The notes: a model not told the origin generated them from the sequence alone. Shown: positions 43,694 to 56,072, counted from the stretch's first letter. The stretch is 64,000 nt of DNA from Alphaproteobacteria bacterium (GCA_009909065.1 JAAANZ010000023.1:210-64209); one strand, 5' to 3'. Program-made: numbers and translations.

Positions 43694-44335
43694 ATGCGCT
43701 CATTCATGACGGCCACTGCGGCCATTGCTCTCGCCACAGGCTGCGCGACCGCCGAACAGACGCTGGAAGGCGTTCCGAGCGGAGCCTACGAACTGGAAAA
43801 CACGCATGCGATGCTGATCTGGAAGGTGAATCATCTCGGCCTGTCCACTTACATTTCGCGTTTCACCGAATTCGATGCCAGCCTCGACTTCAATCCCGAG
43901 GATCCGGCCGCGTCCAGCCTGTCCGTGTCGGTCAATCCCGCATCGGTCGAGACCGATTATCCGGGCGACTTCAAGGAAGGCCATCCGGACAGCGAGTATG
44001 ACACCTGGAATGACGAGCTGGCTTTCGGCGACAGCTGGCTGAATGCCGACGAGCATCCCGAAATAACCTTCGTTTCGACTGGCATCGAGACGACCGGCGA
44101 TTATACCGGCGAGGTCACCGGCGACCTCACTTTCCTGGGTGTGACAAAGCCTGTGACGCTGGATGTGACCTATAACGGCACGCAGAACATGCGCGGGCGC
44201 AAGATCGGTTTCTCGGCCACCGGCACGATCGACCGCACCGAATTCGGACTGGGCACTTATGCCCCGATGATCGGCACGGATGTCGAGCTGGAAATTGAAG
44301 CCGAGTTCGTCCCGGCGAGCGACGACGCCGAATAA
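43694..44335 (+). CDS. YceI-family periplasmic lipid/polyisoprenoid-binding protein (lipoprotein signal)
   Basis: MRSFMTATAAIALATGC, then YELENTHAMLIWKVNHLGLSTYISRF..FDASL.F...P..S.. and GDLTFLGVTKPVTLDV (YceI signature). The track ORF 43550 is over-extended. Confidence 0.85.
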   Translation: MRSFMTATAAIALATGCATAEQTLEGVPSGAYELENTHAMLIWKVNHLGLSTYISRFTEFDASLDFNPEDPAASSLSVSVNPASVETDYPGDFKEGHPDSEYDTWNDELAFGDSWLNADEHPEITFVSTGIETTGDYTGEVTGDLTFLGVTKPVTLDVTYNGTQNMRGRKIGFSATGTIDRTEFGLGTYAPMIGTDVELEIEAEFVPASDDAE

Positions 44336-44428
44336 GGACCGGCCGCAAGCCGCAGGGGCCGCCGTTTCGCATTGCGCCGGGACGGCGGCCCGCTTATTTC
44401 TGGCGCAGCGGATTTCAGGGAGCAGAGT

Positions 44429-45670
44429 ATGGTCGCAGGATCGCAGGCCGGTTCCGGACACAGATCCCCGCGCTATACCAGCGTGGCCATCGCGCTTCAC
44501 TGGGCGATCGCACTGGCCATTATCGGCATGATCGCGCTGGGCTGGTTCATGGGCGACCTGCCGGACAGCGATCCGCGCAAACAGGATCTTTACCAGCTGC
44601 ACAAATCGGTCGGTATAACGATCCTTGTTCTGACACTGGCGCGCATTGCCTGGCGCGTGATGAACCCGCCGCCGGCCTTGCCGACCGGAATGGCCGGCTG
44701 GGAGCAGAAGCTGTCCCATGGGGTCCATGTCGGCTTCTATGCGCTGATGATCCTGATGCCGCTTTCGGGCTGGCTCTATGTGTCCACGGCCCATGAATTC
44801 GACGTCGCCACCGTCCTGTTCGGCATGCTTTCCTGGCCGGACATTCCCTTTGTGGGCTTTCTTGCCAATGAGACCGGCCATGCCGTGGTCGAATTCATCC
44901 ATTCGAAGCTGGCCTGGGCAGCGATCATCCTGCTGGCCATGCATGTCGGCGGCGCGCTGAAGCATGACATCCTCGATGAGGAAGGCGTGCTGAAACGCAT
45001 GATCCCGGGCCTGTTCGGGCGCACCGGTCCCCCCGCCAGCCCTGCACGCGGCTTCATTCCGGCCTTTGGCGGCGCGCTGGGCGTTTTTGCCATTGTGGCC
45101 TGCGCCCCCATGCTGACCTCCGGCGGCGGTAGCGGCGCCGCCGTCAACAGTGCGGCGCCTCTGGATGGCGCCAATTGGGAGGTGGTGCCCGATGAATCCG
45201 AAATCGTTTTTTCCGGCACGCACGAAGGCAATCCTTTCGAGGGCCGTTTTGAGAACTGGTCGGCCTCAATCGCCTTTGACCCGGCCCGCCTCGATGAAAG
45301 CGAGGTCTCTGTCGAGGTGCGCACAGGATCGGCCGTCACCGGCACCAAGCTTTACGATGATACGCTGCGCCAGGGCGAGTGGTTTGCGGTCAGCGATTTC
45401 CCGGTGGCGCGCGTTTCGCTTGGCGAGTTTCGCGAAACCGAGGCTGGCTATTCCGCCACCGCGAGTGTGACGATCAAGGAAGCCACGCAAACCGTGCCCC
45501 TTGAGTTCACGCTCGATATCGAAGAGGGCCGGGCCCGCATGGAGGGCGGGACCGTTCTGTTGCGCGACTCGCTCGATCTCGGTCAGCAAAGCGATCCCGA
45601 TGCGAACTGGGTATCCGACAAGATCGAGGTGGATGTACGCGTCGAGGCCGTGCGCGCAGGTGGCGATTGA
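44429..45670 (+). CDS. cytochrome b561-family membrane protein fused to a C-terminal YceI-like domain
   Basis: The N-terminal part has the b561 pattern (ALHWAIALAIIGMIALGW, HKSVGITILVLTLARIAWR, LHVGGALKH). The C-terminal 170 aa is YceI-like (SEIVFSGTHEGNPFEGRF.NWSASIAFDP...). Start is ATG 44429 behind GGGAG. Confidence 0.85.
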   Translation: MVAGSQAGSGHRSPRYTSVAIALHWAIALAIIGMIALGWFMGDLPDSDPRKQDLYQLHKSVGITILVLTLARIAWRVMNPPPALPTGMAGWEQKLSHGVHVGFYALMILMPLSGWLYVSTAHEFDVATVLFGMLSWPDIPFVGFLANETGHAVVEFIHSKLAWAAIILLAMHVGGALKHDILDEEGVLKRMIPGLFGRTGPPASPARGFIPAFGGALGVFAIVACAPMLTSGGGSGAAVNSAAPLDGANWEVVPDESEIVFSGTHEGNPFEGRFENWSASIAFDPARLDESEVSVEVRTGSAVTGTKLYDDTLRQGEWFAVSDFPVARVSLGEFRETEAGYSATASVTIKEATQTVPLEFTLDIEEGRARMEGGTVLLRDSLDLGQQSDPDANWVSDKIEVDVRVEAVRAGGD

Positions 45671-45704
45671 CACGGCGTCCCGTGAGGCGCAGGCCCATGA
45701 AACG

Positions 45705-46646
45705 ATGACCGCACCGGTTCAAAAGGCTACCCCTGATGCCATCGCCGAGGCTGCGGATATTCTGCGCCGTGGCGGACTCGTCGCGGTTCCCACCGAAACC
45801 GTCTATGGACTTGCCGTCGATGCGGCCAATCCTGATGCCGTGGCCCGGCTCTACGAGGTCAAGGGCCGGCCGCGTTTCAATCCGCTCATCGCTCATGTCA
45901 ACGGGCCGGAAATGGCGAAGCGCGAAGCCGTCCTGGAAGGCGCGGCCGCATTCGCCGCGGGCTTTTACTGGCCGGGGCCGCTCACGCTTGTCCTGCCGGC
46001 CGCGCCTTCGGGAAGGGTCTGCGATCTGGCGCGGGCGGGCCTCGACACGATTGCCCTTCGCCATCCCAGCCATTCGGTCGCCCATGACCTGGTCACGGTC
46101 TTTGGCGGCCCGCTCGTCGCGCCATCGGCCAATCCTTCAGGGCGCATAAGCCCGGTCACGGCCCGGGATGTCGCCGCCGATCTTGGCGACGGTATCGATC
46201 TCATCCTGGATGGCGGACGCTGCCCTGTGGGGATTGAATCCACCATTGTCTCCTTTGTCGGCGACCCGCCGGAACTGTTGCGGCCCGGCGGGCTCGACCC
46301 GGCGGCGCTGGAAAGGTTCCTGAGCGTCAGTCTGGCCCGGCCGGGCGATGAGACCGCGAGCCCGCGCGCGCCGGGACAGCTTGCCCGTCATTACGCGCCG
46401 AATGCGCAATTGCGGTTGAACGCGGTGTCTGCGCAGGCCGATGAAGTATTGCTGGGTTTCGGACCGGTGGCCGGGGCAAGCGCCAATCTCTCGCCCCGCG
46501 GCAATCTGGCCGAAGCGGCGGCCAACCTGTTTGCCATGCTGCGCTGGCTCGACGGGCGCCACGAGCGCATCGCCATTTCGCCCATCCCGCAAGAGGGGCT
46601 GGGCGAGGCGATCAATGACCGTCTGCGGCGGGCGGCGGCGCGATAA
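45705..46646 (+). CDS. tsaC: L-threonylcarbamoyladenylate synthase (Sua5/YrdC/TsaC family, long form)
   Basis: GGLVAVPTETVYGLAVDA, YEVKGRPRFNPLIAHV, WPGPLTLVL, ALRHPSH and APSANPSGRISP are present, plus a Sua5-type C-terminal domain. The track ORF 45501 is over-extended. Confidence 0.9.
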   Translation: MTAPVQKATPDAIAEAADILRRGGLVAVPTETVYGLAVDAANPDAVARLYEVKGRPRFNPLIAHVNGPEMAKREAVLEGAAAFAAGFYWPGPLTLVLPAAPSGRVCDLARAGLDTIALRHPSHSVAHDLVTVFGGPLVAPSANPSGRISPVTARDVAADLGDGIDLILDGGRCPVGIESTIVSFVGDPPELLRPGGLDPAALERFLSVSLARPGDETASPRAPGQLARHYAPNAQLRLNAVSAQADEVLLGFGPVAGASANLSPRGNLAEAAANLFAMLRWLDGRHERIAISPIPQEGLGEAINDRLRRAAAR

Positions 46647-47012
46647 GGTCCCAGGGATTGCCCCAGGGATCCTCGAACACCACGACGCGGCCGTAAGGTT
46701 CGCTGCGCGGCTCGCCCCGGATGACGACGCCAGCGGCCTTCAGCGCCGCGAAATCGCGTGCGAAATCGTCGGTGTGCAGGAAAAACCCGACCCGGCCGCC
46801 GGCCTGGCGCCCTATGGCGGTGCGCTCCTCGGCATTCTTCGGCTGGGCCAGCAGGAGCGCGGTCTCGCCGCCGCGCGGACGCACGCGCACGAAGCGCTTT
46901 GTTTCGCTGAGCACGGTGTCCTCGACAAGCTCGAAACCGAGCACGCTGGTGAAGAAGGCGATGGCGGCGTCATAATCGGGAATGACGAGGGTGATATTGG
47001 CGAGATGGGGCA

Positions 47013-47016
<4 letters not shown>
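46612..47016 (-). CDS. VOC (glyoxalase/bleomycin-resistance) family protein
   Basis: 134 aa with a beta-alpha-beta-beta-beta pattern ([26 protein letters not shown]..., [14 protein letters not shown]). Its start overlaps the metH stop by 4 nt (ATGA). Confidence 0.8.
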
Positions 47017-49648
<2,632 letters not shown>

Positions 49649-49652
<4 letters not shown>

Positions 49653-50074
49653 GCGAATGTCCTTCCGGCCTCGAGCGGCCAGTTTCCGTCTGCAATGAAG
49701 GGATAGGCGCCGGAGGGGCGATTGAACCAGTAGACAAAGGCTTGCTCGCCGGTCTGCCGGCCAAGATCGTCCAGGAGTTCCGTCCGGCGCCTGAGATAGA
49801 GCGATGTCGAAGGATCGTCGCTCACGTCTTCGAAAGCGTCCAGCGCGGGCACGATCGCGGTGTCCGAGATACGCCACCTGACGGCGTGGCATAGCGTTTC
49901 GCCTTCCACGATGCCGGGAAAGCCGCCCAGATCATGCATCGCGGCGCGAAACCGGCACGGGCCTTCGAAACGGCCCGCCGCCTCAAGGTCGATATGCGCC
50001 GGCATGCCGGCCGCTCCCTTTTTCAGCAGGCCGTAAAAGGCGAACAGGTCGCCGGGTGAGACGGGCGGAGGCAT
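49649..50074 (-). CDS. gamma-glutamylcyclotransferase-like (AIG2/GGACT family) protein
   Basis: 141 aa with [11 protein letters not shown]...[10 protein letters not shown]....V.G.......LD..E.., the AIG2-like pattern. It has a 4-nt start/stop overlap with the metH fragment. Confidence 0.65.
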
Positions 50075-50081
50075 TGCAGGT

Positions 50082-51119
50082 TCACCCCGCCAGGTCGAAC
50101 GGCTCGAGACCCGACAAGCGCATCATGGGCGCCGGGCTGGGGATCTCGCGCGGCGGCTTTCCCTTCGCGGCGCTCGCAATCGCGGCGATATGGGCCGGCG
50201 TCGTGCCGCAGCAGCCACCGAGAATGTTGACAAGGCCGGAGCTTGCCCATTCCCCGAGCTGCGCGGAGGTTTCCTCCGGCGTTTCATCATACTCGCCGAA
50301 CTCGTTCGGCAGGCCGGCATTGGGATAGGCGATCACACGTGTATCGGCCAGATTGGCGATGGCCGCGATATGTGGGCGCATGGCCTCGGCGCCGAGGGCG
50401 CAGTTCAGCCCGATGGCCCAGGGCCGGGCATGTCGTACGGAATACCAGAAGGCTTCCGCCGTCTGTCCCGAGAGCGTGCGGCCGGAGGCATCGGTAATCG
50501 TGCCGGAAATGACGACAGGCAAGTCTGTGCCCAGATCGACCAGCGCCTTGATGGCCGCCTTGGCGTTCAGCGTGTCGAAAATGGTCTCGATCAGGAAGGC
50601 GTCGATATGCGGCGCCATGGCCGCGGCCTGTTCCTGATAGGCGGCCTGAACCTGGTCGAATGTGACTTCGCGATAGCCGGGATTGTTCACGTCCGGGCTG
50701 AGCGAGAGTGTCTTGTTTGTTGGTCCGATGGCGCCGAGCACGCCGACTGGACGCCCGGCCGAATCTGCCGCACGGCGCGCGGCTTTCGCCCCTTCTTCCG
50801 CGATCTCGGATGCCAGGGCCTCCATCGCGTAATCGGCCTGTGCAATGGAGGTGGCGCTGAATGTGTTCGTCTCGACCAGGTCGGCGCCGGCGGCGATGAA
50901 CTCGCCATGGATCGCCTCGATCATGTCGGGCCGTGTGAGATTCAGCAGGTCATTATTGCCCTGAAGGGGCTTGTCCCAGTCGGTAAAGCGCGACCCGCGA
51001 AAATCCGCTTCGCCCGGCTCGCGCGCCTGGATCATCGTGCCCATGGCGCCGTCGAGTATGAGAATACGGCTCTTCGCCTCCGCTGTGAGCGCGGAGAGTG
51101 TTTCTGTCAGTTCGGGCAT
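50082..51119 (-). CDS. metH: homocysteine S-methyltransferase domain protein (N-terminal module of split MetH)
   Basis: ILILDGAMGTMIQ, DLLNLTRPD.I..IH..FI.AGADLVETNTF, GLNCALG and GGCCGTTP (Zn-binding Cys cluster) are present. Confidence 0.9.
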   Translation of the reverse strand: MPELTETLSALTAEAKSRILILDGAMGTMIQAREPGEADFRGSRFTDWDKPLQGNNDLLNLTRPDMIEAIHGEFIAAGADLVETNTFSATSIAQADYAMEALASEIAEEGAKAARRAADSAGRPVGVLGAIGPTNKTLSLSPDVNNPGYREVTFDQVQAAYQEQAAAMAPHIDAFLIETIFDTLNAKAAIKALVDLGTDLPVVISGTITDASGRTLSGQTAEAFWYSVRHARPWAIGLNCALGAEAMRPHIAAIANLADTRVIAYPNAGLPNEFGEYDETPEETSAQLGEWASSGLVNILGGCCGTTPAHIAAIASAAKGKPPREIPSPAPMMRLSGLEPFDLAG

Positions 51120-51122
51120 GGT

Positions 51123-52043
51123 TCAGGCCGCCTTCGCTTGGGCATCGGCCGGTTTCAGGCCGAGGAGATGGCAGGTCGACAGTGCCAGGTTGGCACGGTT
51201 GAGCGTGTAGAAGTGGAAATATTCCACGCCTTCGCCGGCCATGTGATGGCACAGCTCGGCGGCCACATTCGCGGTGACGAGGTCGCGGGTTTCCGGATCG
51301 TCTTCGAGCCCTTCATAAAGCTGATGCAGCCAGTCGGGCAGGTACGCCTCGCAAAGTCCGGCAATCCTTTTCAGCCCCTTGAAATTCGGCTGCAGCATGA
51401 TGCCGGGCACGAGCGGCATGGTGACTCCGGCGGCGGCGGCGCGGTCGCGAAAACGCAGGAACGTGTCCGGTTCGAAAAAGAACTGGGTAATGGCCCGGTC
51501 CGCGCCGGCTTCCTGCTTGGCCTTGAGCAGCGCCATGTCCTCGTCCCATCCGAGGCTGTCGGGGTGGCGCTCGGGATAGCAGGCGACCGACACTTCGAAC
51601 ACCTTGCCGAGGTCGGGGCGGTGTGCGCGCAGCCCGGCGACCAGGTCCACCGAGCTTTCATAGCCGCCCGGATGCGGCTTGAACGGTTCGCCCATGCCGT
51701 TCGGGCTGTCGCCGCGAAGGGCCACGATATGCTTCACGCCGGCTTGCCAATACGCCTCGGCCACGGCGTGGACGTCGCGCTTCGTGGCATCGACGCAAGT
51801 CAGATGAGCGGCCGGCGTCAGGCTGGTTTCCTGGGCCAGGCGCTTGACAGTGGCGTGGGTGCGCTCACGCGTGGACCCGCCGGCGCCATAGGTCACCGAA
51901 ACGAAATCCGGCGCCATCGGTTCAAGACGGCGCACACACTCCCAAAGACGCTCGGACATGGTTTCGTTCTTCGGAGGGAAGAATTCAAACGAGACATGCG
52001 GCGTCGCCTGTGCCTGGCTGCGAGCTATGGACATCACGCTCAT
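51123..52043 (-). CDS. metF: 5,10-methylenetetrahydrofolate reductase
   Basis: SFEFFPPK, VSVTYGAGGSTRERT, AHLTCV and ALRGD are present, plus typical C-terminal MTHFR blocks. Confidence 0.92.
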   Translation of the reverse strand: MSVMSIARSQAQATPHVSFEFFPPKNETMSERLWECVRRLEPMAPDFVSVTYGAGGSTRERTHATVKRLAQETSLTPAAHLTCVDATKRDVHAVAEAYWQAGVKHIVALRGDSPNGMGEPFKPHPGGYESSVDLVAGLRAHRPDLGKVFEVSVACYPERHPDSLGWDEDMALLKAKQEAGADRAITQFFFEPDTFLRFRDRAAAAGVTMPLVPGIMLQPNFKGLKRIAGLCEAYLPDWLHQLYEGLEDDPETRDLVTANVAAELCHHMAGEGVEYFHFYTLNRANLALSTCHLLGLKPADAQAKAA

Positions 52044-53017
52044 GCGGCGACCTCCTTTTTGCTGGCGGGCTTGTCGAATGCCCAGATGTGAACGCCCAGC
52101 CCGTCCGGACGTTTTTCGGGCGGCTGGAACTGGCGGAAATGCGCCAGGTCGAGGCCGGTGCCATCGACCCAGCCACGCAGTGTCTCATCGCCAATACCCA
52201 GGCGATGATGGCCATGCTGATCCCGCAGGAATTCGATATCATGCGGGGCGAAATCGACGATCACGAGCCGACCGCCCGGCGCGAGAACGCGGCTGGCCTC
52301 GCCCAGCACCCGTTCCGGCGCGTCTATGAAGTGCAGAACCTGGTGAATAATGACAAGATCGGCCGAGGCGTCGGCAAAAGGCGTTGCGCAGGCGTCCCCC
52401 TGGCGCACGCGCGCATGGTCCAGTCCCGCTTCGGCCAGGCGGGTGCGCGCGACCGTCAACATGGCGTGGCTCAGATCAAGCCCTTCGGCGCGCCGGGCAT
52501 GTGGCGCAAGCAGGACAAGCATGCGTCCGGTGCCGGTTCCGATATCAATCACCTGGCGGAACGGGCCTTCACCGGCGATCGACAGGATCGCCCCCTCGAT
52601 CGCTTCATTCGGGAAATGCAGGCTGCGTTCGGCATCCCAGCTCTCAGCCACCCTGTTGAAATAGGCTTCGGCCTTGGCGGCACGAACGGCGCGGATATGC
52701 TCCAGCTGGCCGAGGTCACGCGCCAGCGCTCCGGTGTCATCGTCGATATCGGTGAAGATCTGATCGAGCAGGTGCCCGGCCGGCCCGCGTGACGCGGCGC
52801 GGTAGAAGACGCGTGCGCCTTCGGGCATGCGTTCGGCCAGGCCGGCGGAAGTGAGGACCTTGAGATGATGCGACAGGCGCGGTTGGCTCTGGCCGAGGAT
52901 CTGGACCAGTTCCCCGACGGACAGCTCGCCCTGGCGCAATAAGGCGAGAATCCGCAGGCGCGTCGGCTCGCCAGCCGCGCGCAGGTGTTCCACCGTATGT
53001 GCGATCCCATGTGTCAC
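52040..53017 (-). CDS. ArsR/SmtB-family HTH fused to a SAM-dependent methyltransferase domain
   Basis: N-terminal ArsR wHTH (EPTRLRILALLRQGELSVGELVQILGQSQPRLSHHLKVL) and a C-terminal class I methyltransferase (VIDIGTGTGRM, LVIIHQVLHF, LAPGGRLVIVDF). It starts at GTG 53017 and overlaps metF by 4 nt. Confidence 0.85.
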   Translation of the reverse strand: MTHGIAHTVEHLRAAGEPTRLRILALLRQGELSVGELVQILGQSQPRLSHHLKVLTSAGLAERMPEGARVFYRAASRGPAGHLLDQIFTDIDDDTGALARDLGQLEHIRAVRAAKAEAYFNRVAESWDAERSLHFPNEAIEGAILSIAGEGPFRQVIDIGTGTGRMLVLLAPHARRAEGLDLSHAMLTVARTRLAEAGLDHARVRQGDACATPFADASADLVIIHQVLHFIDAPERVLGEASRVLAPGGRLVIVDFAPHDIEFLRDQHGHHRLGIGDETLRGWVDGTGLDLAHFRQFQPPEKRPDGLGVHIWAFDKPASKKEVAA

Positions 53018-53025
53018 ATCGGCAT

Positions 53026-53041
53026 ATAAAGATATATTTAT
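53026..53041. promoter_or_regulatory. AT-rich 14/16 palindrome (ATAAAGATATATTTAT) just upstream of the ArsR-MT start
   Basis: This is the only AT-rich stretch in the divergent region. It lies 9 nt from the GTG start with no Shine-Dalgarno between. It could be an operator and/or the -10 region of a leaderless transcript. Confidence 0.4.
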
Positions 53042-53158
53042 CGGTTGGGCAAGGGGTGTGACCGGAAAGGCACTTAATGCGTGCTCTTAGGGGCACTCAC
53101 AGTGGTGTGTATTGCTTGTATTCATGTCGCATCACATATCGCTTCCGCGAGAAGAAGG

Positions 53159-53914
53159 ATGCGGTGGATGCGCGCGATAATTGCTGGAATTGTTTTTACG
53201 GCATCGGCTGGCGGATGCGCCAGCACCGGCGCCGGTGGCGGCGAGGTCAACGATCCTCTGGAACCGCTCAACCGCCGCGTCTTCGCCTTCAACGAGGCGG
53301 CCGACAGAGCGGTGATCGGGCCGGCCGCGGATGCCTATGTGGCTGTGACGCCGGGCTTTGCGCGCACCGGCGTGTCCAATGCCGTCAGCAATCTCAACTC
53401 GCCGGTCGTCTTTGCCAATGATGTGCTGCAGGGCGAACCCGAACGGGCCGCCGAGACCTTCTATCGTTTCCTCGTGAATTCGACCCTCGGCGTGCTGGGC
53501 CTTTTCGACCCCGCCGCGGAATTCGGTGTCGAAGGCCATTCGGAGGATTTCGGACAGACACTGGCGGTTTGGGGGGTTGGTGAAGGTCCGTTCCTGGTGC
53601 TGCCGCTGATGGGGCCCAGCAATCTGCGCGATGCAAGCGGGCGCGGTGTCGATGCGTTTATCGACCCTTTGAACACCGGCGAGATCAACAATGACGAAGA
53701 CCTCACCGAAACCGTGCGCTGGACGAGTTTCGCCCTCGGGCTCCTGCAAACGCGCGTCGAGATCGAGCCGCAACTGGAGTCGCTGCGCGACCAGCCTGAA
53801 CCCTATGTCGCCATGCGCCGCGCTTACACCTCGCAACGCCAGGCTGCGGTGAGGAATGGGCGTGCGCAGGACGACCCCTACAAAGATTTGCCCGATTTTG
53901 ATGATTTTGAGTGA
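53159..53914 (+). CDS. mlaA: MlaA/VacJ-family outer-membrane lipoprotein
   Basis: Lipobox (FTASAGGC), DPLEPLNRRVFAFNE..D, NSPVVFANDVLQG, NSTLGVLGLFD, EDFGQTL and PFLVLPLMGPSNLRD are present. Alternative start is ATG 53168; the track ORF begins at 53081. Confidence 0.9.
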   Translation: MRWMRAIIAGIVFTASAGGCASTGAGGGEVNDPLEPLNRRVFAFNEAADRAVIGPAADAYVAVTPGFARTGVSNAVSNLNSPVVFANDVLQGEPERAAETFYRFLVNSTLGVLGLFDPAAEFGVEGHSEDFGQTLAVWGVGEGPFLVLPLMGPSNLRDASGRGVDAFIDPLNTGEINNDEDLTETVRWTSFALGLLQTRVEIEPQLESLRDQPEPYVAMRRAYTSQRQAAVRNGRAQDDPYKDLPDFDDFE

Positions 53915-53948
53915 CGGCGGCCGCGAGCCGCTCAGAAGGGAGAGCCAG

Positions 53949-54623
53949 ATGACAGGCTTGAAATGGATGATCGCCGCGGGTGTCAGCGCGGCACTGATGG
54001 CCGGAACCGCTTTGGCCGACGCCCGAACCGAGGCTTATGTCGAGAAGAATGCCAACAGGGTGCTCGACACGCTGAATGATCCCGAACTTGATGCTGAGGC
54101 GCGCACGGAAAATTTTTCCGAATACATGAACGAGTTTACCGACCTCAAGGCGGTGTCGAATTTCGTGATCGGGCGGTATGCAAAGCAGTTCAGCCAGGCC
54201 GAACTGGAACGCTATCGCGAAGCGTTTCGCGAATATGCCCTCGCCGTCTATGAAAACGAGCTTGACCAGTATCGCGGCGAAAGCGTCGAGGTTCAGGGAT
54301 CGGTTGACCGTTCCCCGCGCGATTCCATCGTCAATACGCGCATCCCGCGCGCCGACGGGCGGGCCATGGATGTGCGCTGGCGTGTTCTCGATCGCGGTGA
54401 TGAATATCAGGTCGTCGATGTCGCGCTGAATATCGACGGCAATCTGATCTGGCTGGCCATTGAGCAGCGTGCCCAGTTCCTTTCGCTGCTCGACCGGACA
54501 AACGGATCGGTCGATGCGCTGATCGACAAGATCGAGGACATGACCCGTTCGCTGGAAGCGGACAAGCGGGCCGGAACGGCTGGCAGCCCTGTGTCATCCG
54601 AAGCGGTTGGCAATCAGGGCTGA
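53949..54623 (+). CDS. mlaC: MlaC/Ttg2D-family periplasmic phospholipid-binding protein
   Basis: Signal peptide MTGLKWMIAAGVSAALMAGTALA. Also present are ..F......D....S.FV.GRYAKQFSQAE...F...F..Y....Y and W.V....YQVVDV...G..L. The track ORF 53856 is over-extended. Confidence 0.85.
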   Translation: MTGLKWMIAAGVSAALMAGTALADARTEAYVEKNANRVLDTLNDPELDAEARTENFSEYMNEFTDLKAVSNFVIGRYAKQFSQAELERYREAFREYALAVYENELDQYRGESVEVQGSVDRSPRDSIVNTRIPRADGRAMDVRWRVLDRGDEYQVVDVALNIDGNLIWLAIEQRAQFLSLLDRTNGSVDALIDKIEDMTRSLEADKRAGTAGSPVSSEAVGNQG

Positions 54624-54644
54624 CCTCTCAGCCGGCGGGCCTTT

Positions 54645-56072
54645 TCAGTCGGTCTCGACCGGCGCGATCCCCTCGGGCTCGCCGACAAGGACAAAGGTAA
54701 ACCGCTCGGGCTTGAGCCATTCGGCCGCGACGCGATTGGCGTCGTCCAGCGTTACCGCTTCGATCGCGCCATTGCGCCGGTCGAAATAGTCGACACCGAG
54801 TTCCTGCTGGCGGACACCCATCATCTGGCCGGCGATCTTCGAATTGCTGTCAAAGGCCAGCGGATAGGCGCCGGTCAGATAGGATTTGGCATCGGCCAGT
54901 TCCTGCTCCGTGATTCCCTGCCGGGAAATCGCCCGCATCTGATCCTTGATCCCTTTCACGAAGCGGCCCGCAGTCTCGTTGCGGGTCTGGCCACGGCCTG
55001 ACCAGGTCGCCAGCTCGCCGCCAAATCCCAGCCCCGTTCCGATCCCGTATGTCAGGCCCTGCGCCACGCGCAGTTCCTTCATCAGCCGGCTTTCGAAACC
55101 CCCGCCGCCGAAAGTGTAGTTCAGGACATAGGCGGCGAAGAAATCCGGATGGTCGCGTTGCAGACCCGGCGCGGTGAACCTGACGAGGGTTTGCGGCTGA
55201 GGCAGGTCGACGCGTTTTGGGGCGGCCAGCGGATCTTCCAGCACCACCTCGCCGGGCAGGTCGAGATCGCCTTCAGCGGGTAGCCCCGCGAAGGCCTTGT
55301 CGATCATGGGCGCAAGCTTGCCGGGCGTGATCGCGCCGACTGCGGTGACCAACATGCCTTCACGCACCATCAGATCATCCTTGTGCGACAGGGCCAGCGA
55401 CGGCGACAGCGCATTGATACTGGCCGCGCTGGTTTCGCGCGCATAGGGATGATCGGGATAGAGCGCTTCTTCCATCGCTTCGCTGGCGAGGAAATCCGGC
55501 GAGGTCACGCGTCGCTTGATACCAATCAGGGCTTCTCGCTGGAAGCGCTCGAACGGGCCGTCATCGAAGCGCGGTTCGTTCATCGCCAGGGCGACCAGGT
55601 CCATGGCCTCGCCGGCATTCTCTCGCAGCATATCGGCCGAGCAGGAGGTCCAGTCGCGCCCCGCCGAACAGCCGAAACTCATATTCAGCTCTTCCATCCG
55701 GGTCTGGAAAGCGAGCGCGTCAAGCTCGCCGGCGCCTTCATTCATCTGGTAGACGACAGAATTGGCAAGGCCTTCCAGCCCTTGCGGATCACTGGCCGAT
55801 CCGCCGGGCCAGGCCGCATTGATCGATACGATCGGTATGGAGGGTTCATTGACCAGCCAGACGGAAATGCCTTCCGGCGTTTCGAATTGCTGGATCTCGA
55901 CGAAATCGCCCTCATGCGTGGCAATATCGAGCCCCGGCGCCGGCGCGGACGCCGGTTCATCCGCGGAGGGCGGGCTGTCGGCTTCGCGCGCGTTGCCGCC
56001 GCAGGACGACAATGCAGCCATGGAAACAAGGCTGAGCGCGGCGAGCGCTGATCTCAACGAGGCTTGCATCAC
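54645..56072 (-). CDS. M16-family (pitrilysin-like) peptidase, probable non-catalytic subunit, lipoprotein signal
   Basis: Signal/lipobox ..MAALSSCGG and M16 N- and C-domain architecture. No HxxEH motif was seen. It overlaps the upstream M16 gene by 4 nt. Confidence 0.85.
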   Translation of the reverse strand: MMQASLRSALAALSLVSMAALSSCGGNAREADSPPSADEPASAPAPGLDIATHEGDFVEIQQFETPEGISVWLVNEPSIPIVSINAAWPGGSASDPQGLEGLANSVVYQMNEGAGELDALAFQTRMEELNMSFGCSAGRDWTSCSADMLRENAGEAMDLVALAMNEPRFDDGPFERFQREALIGIKRRVTSPDFLASEAMEEALYPDHPYARETSAASINALSPSLALSHKDDLMVREGMLVTAVGAITPGKLAPMIDKAFAGLPAEGDLDLPGEVVLEDPLAAPKRVDLPQPQTLVRFTAPGLQRDHPDFFAAYVLNYTFGGGGFESRLMKELRVAQGLTYGIGTGLGFGGELATWSGRGQTRNETAGRFVKGIKDQMRAISRQGITEQELADAKSYLTGAYPLAFDSNSKIAGQMMGVRQQELGVDYFDRRNGAIEAVTLDDANRVAAEWLKPERFTFVLVGEPEGIAPVETD

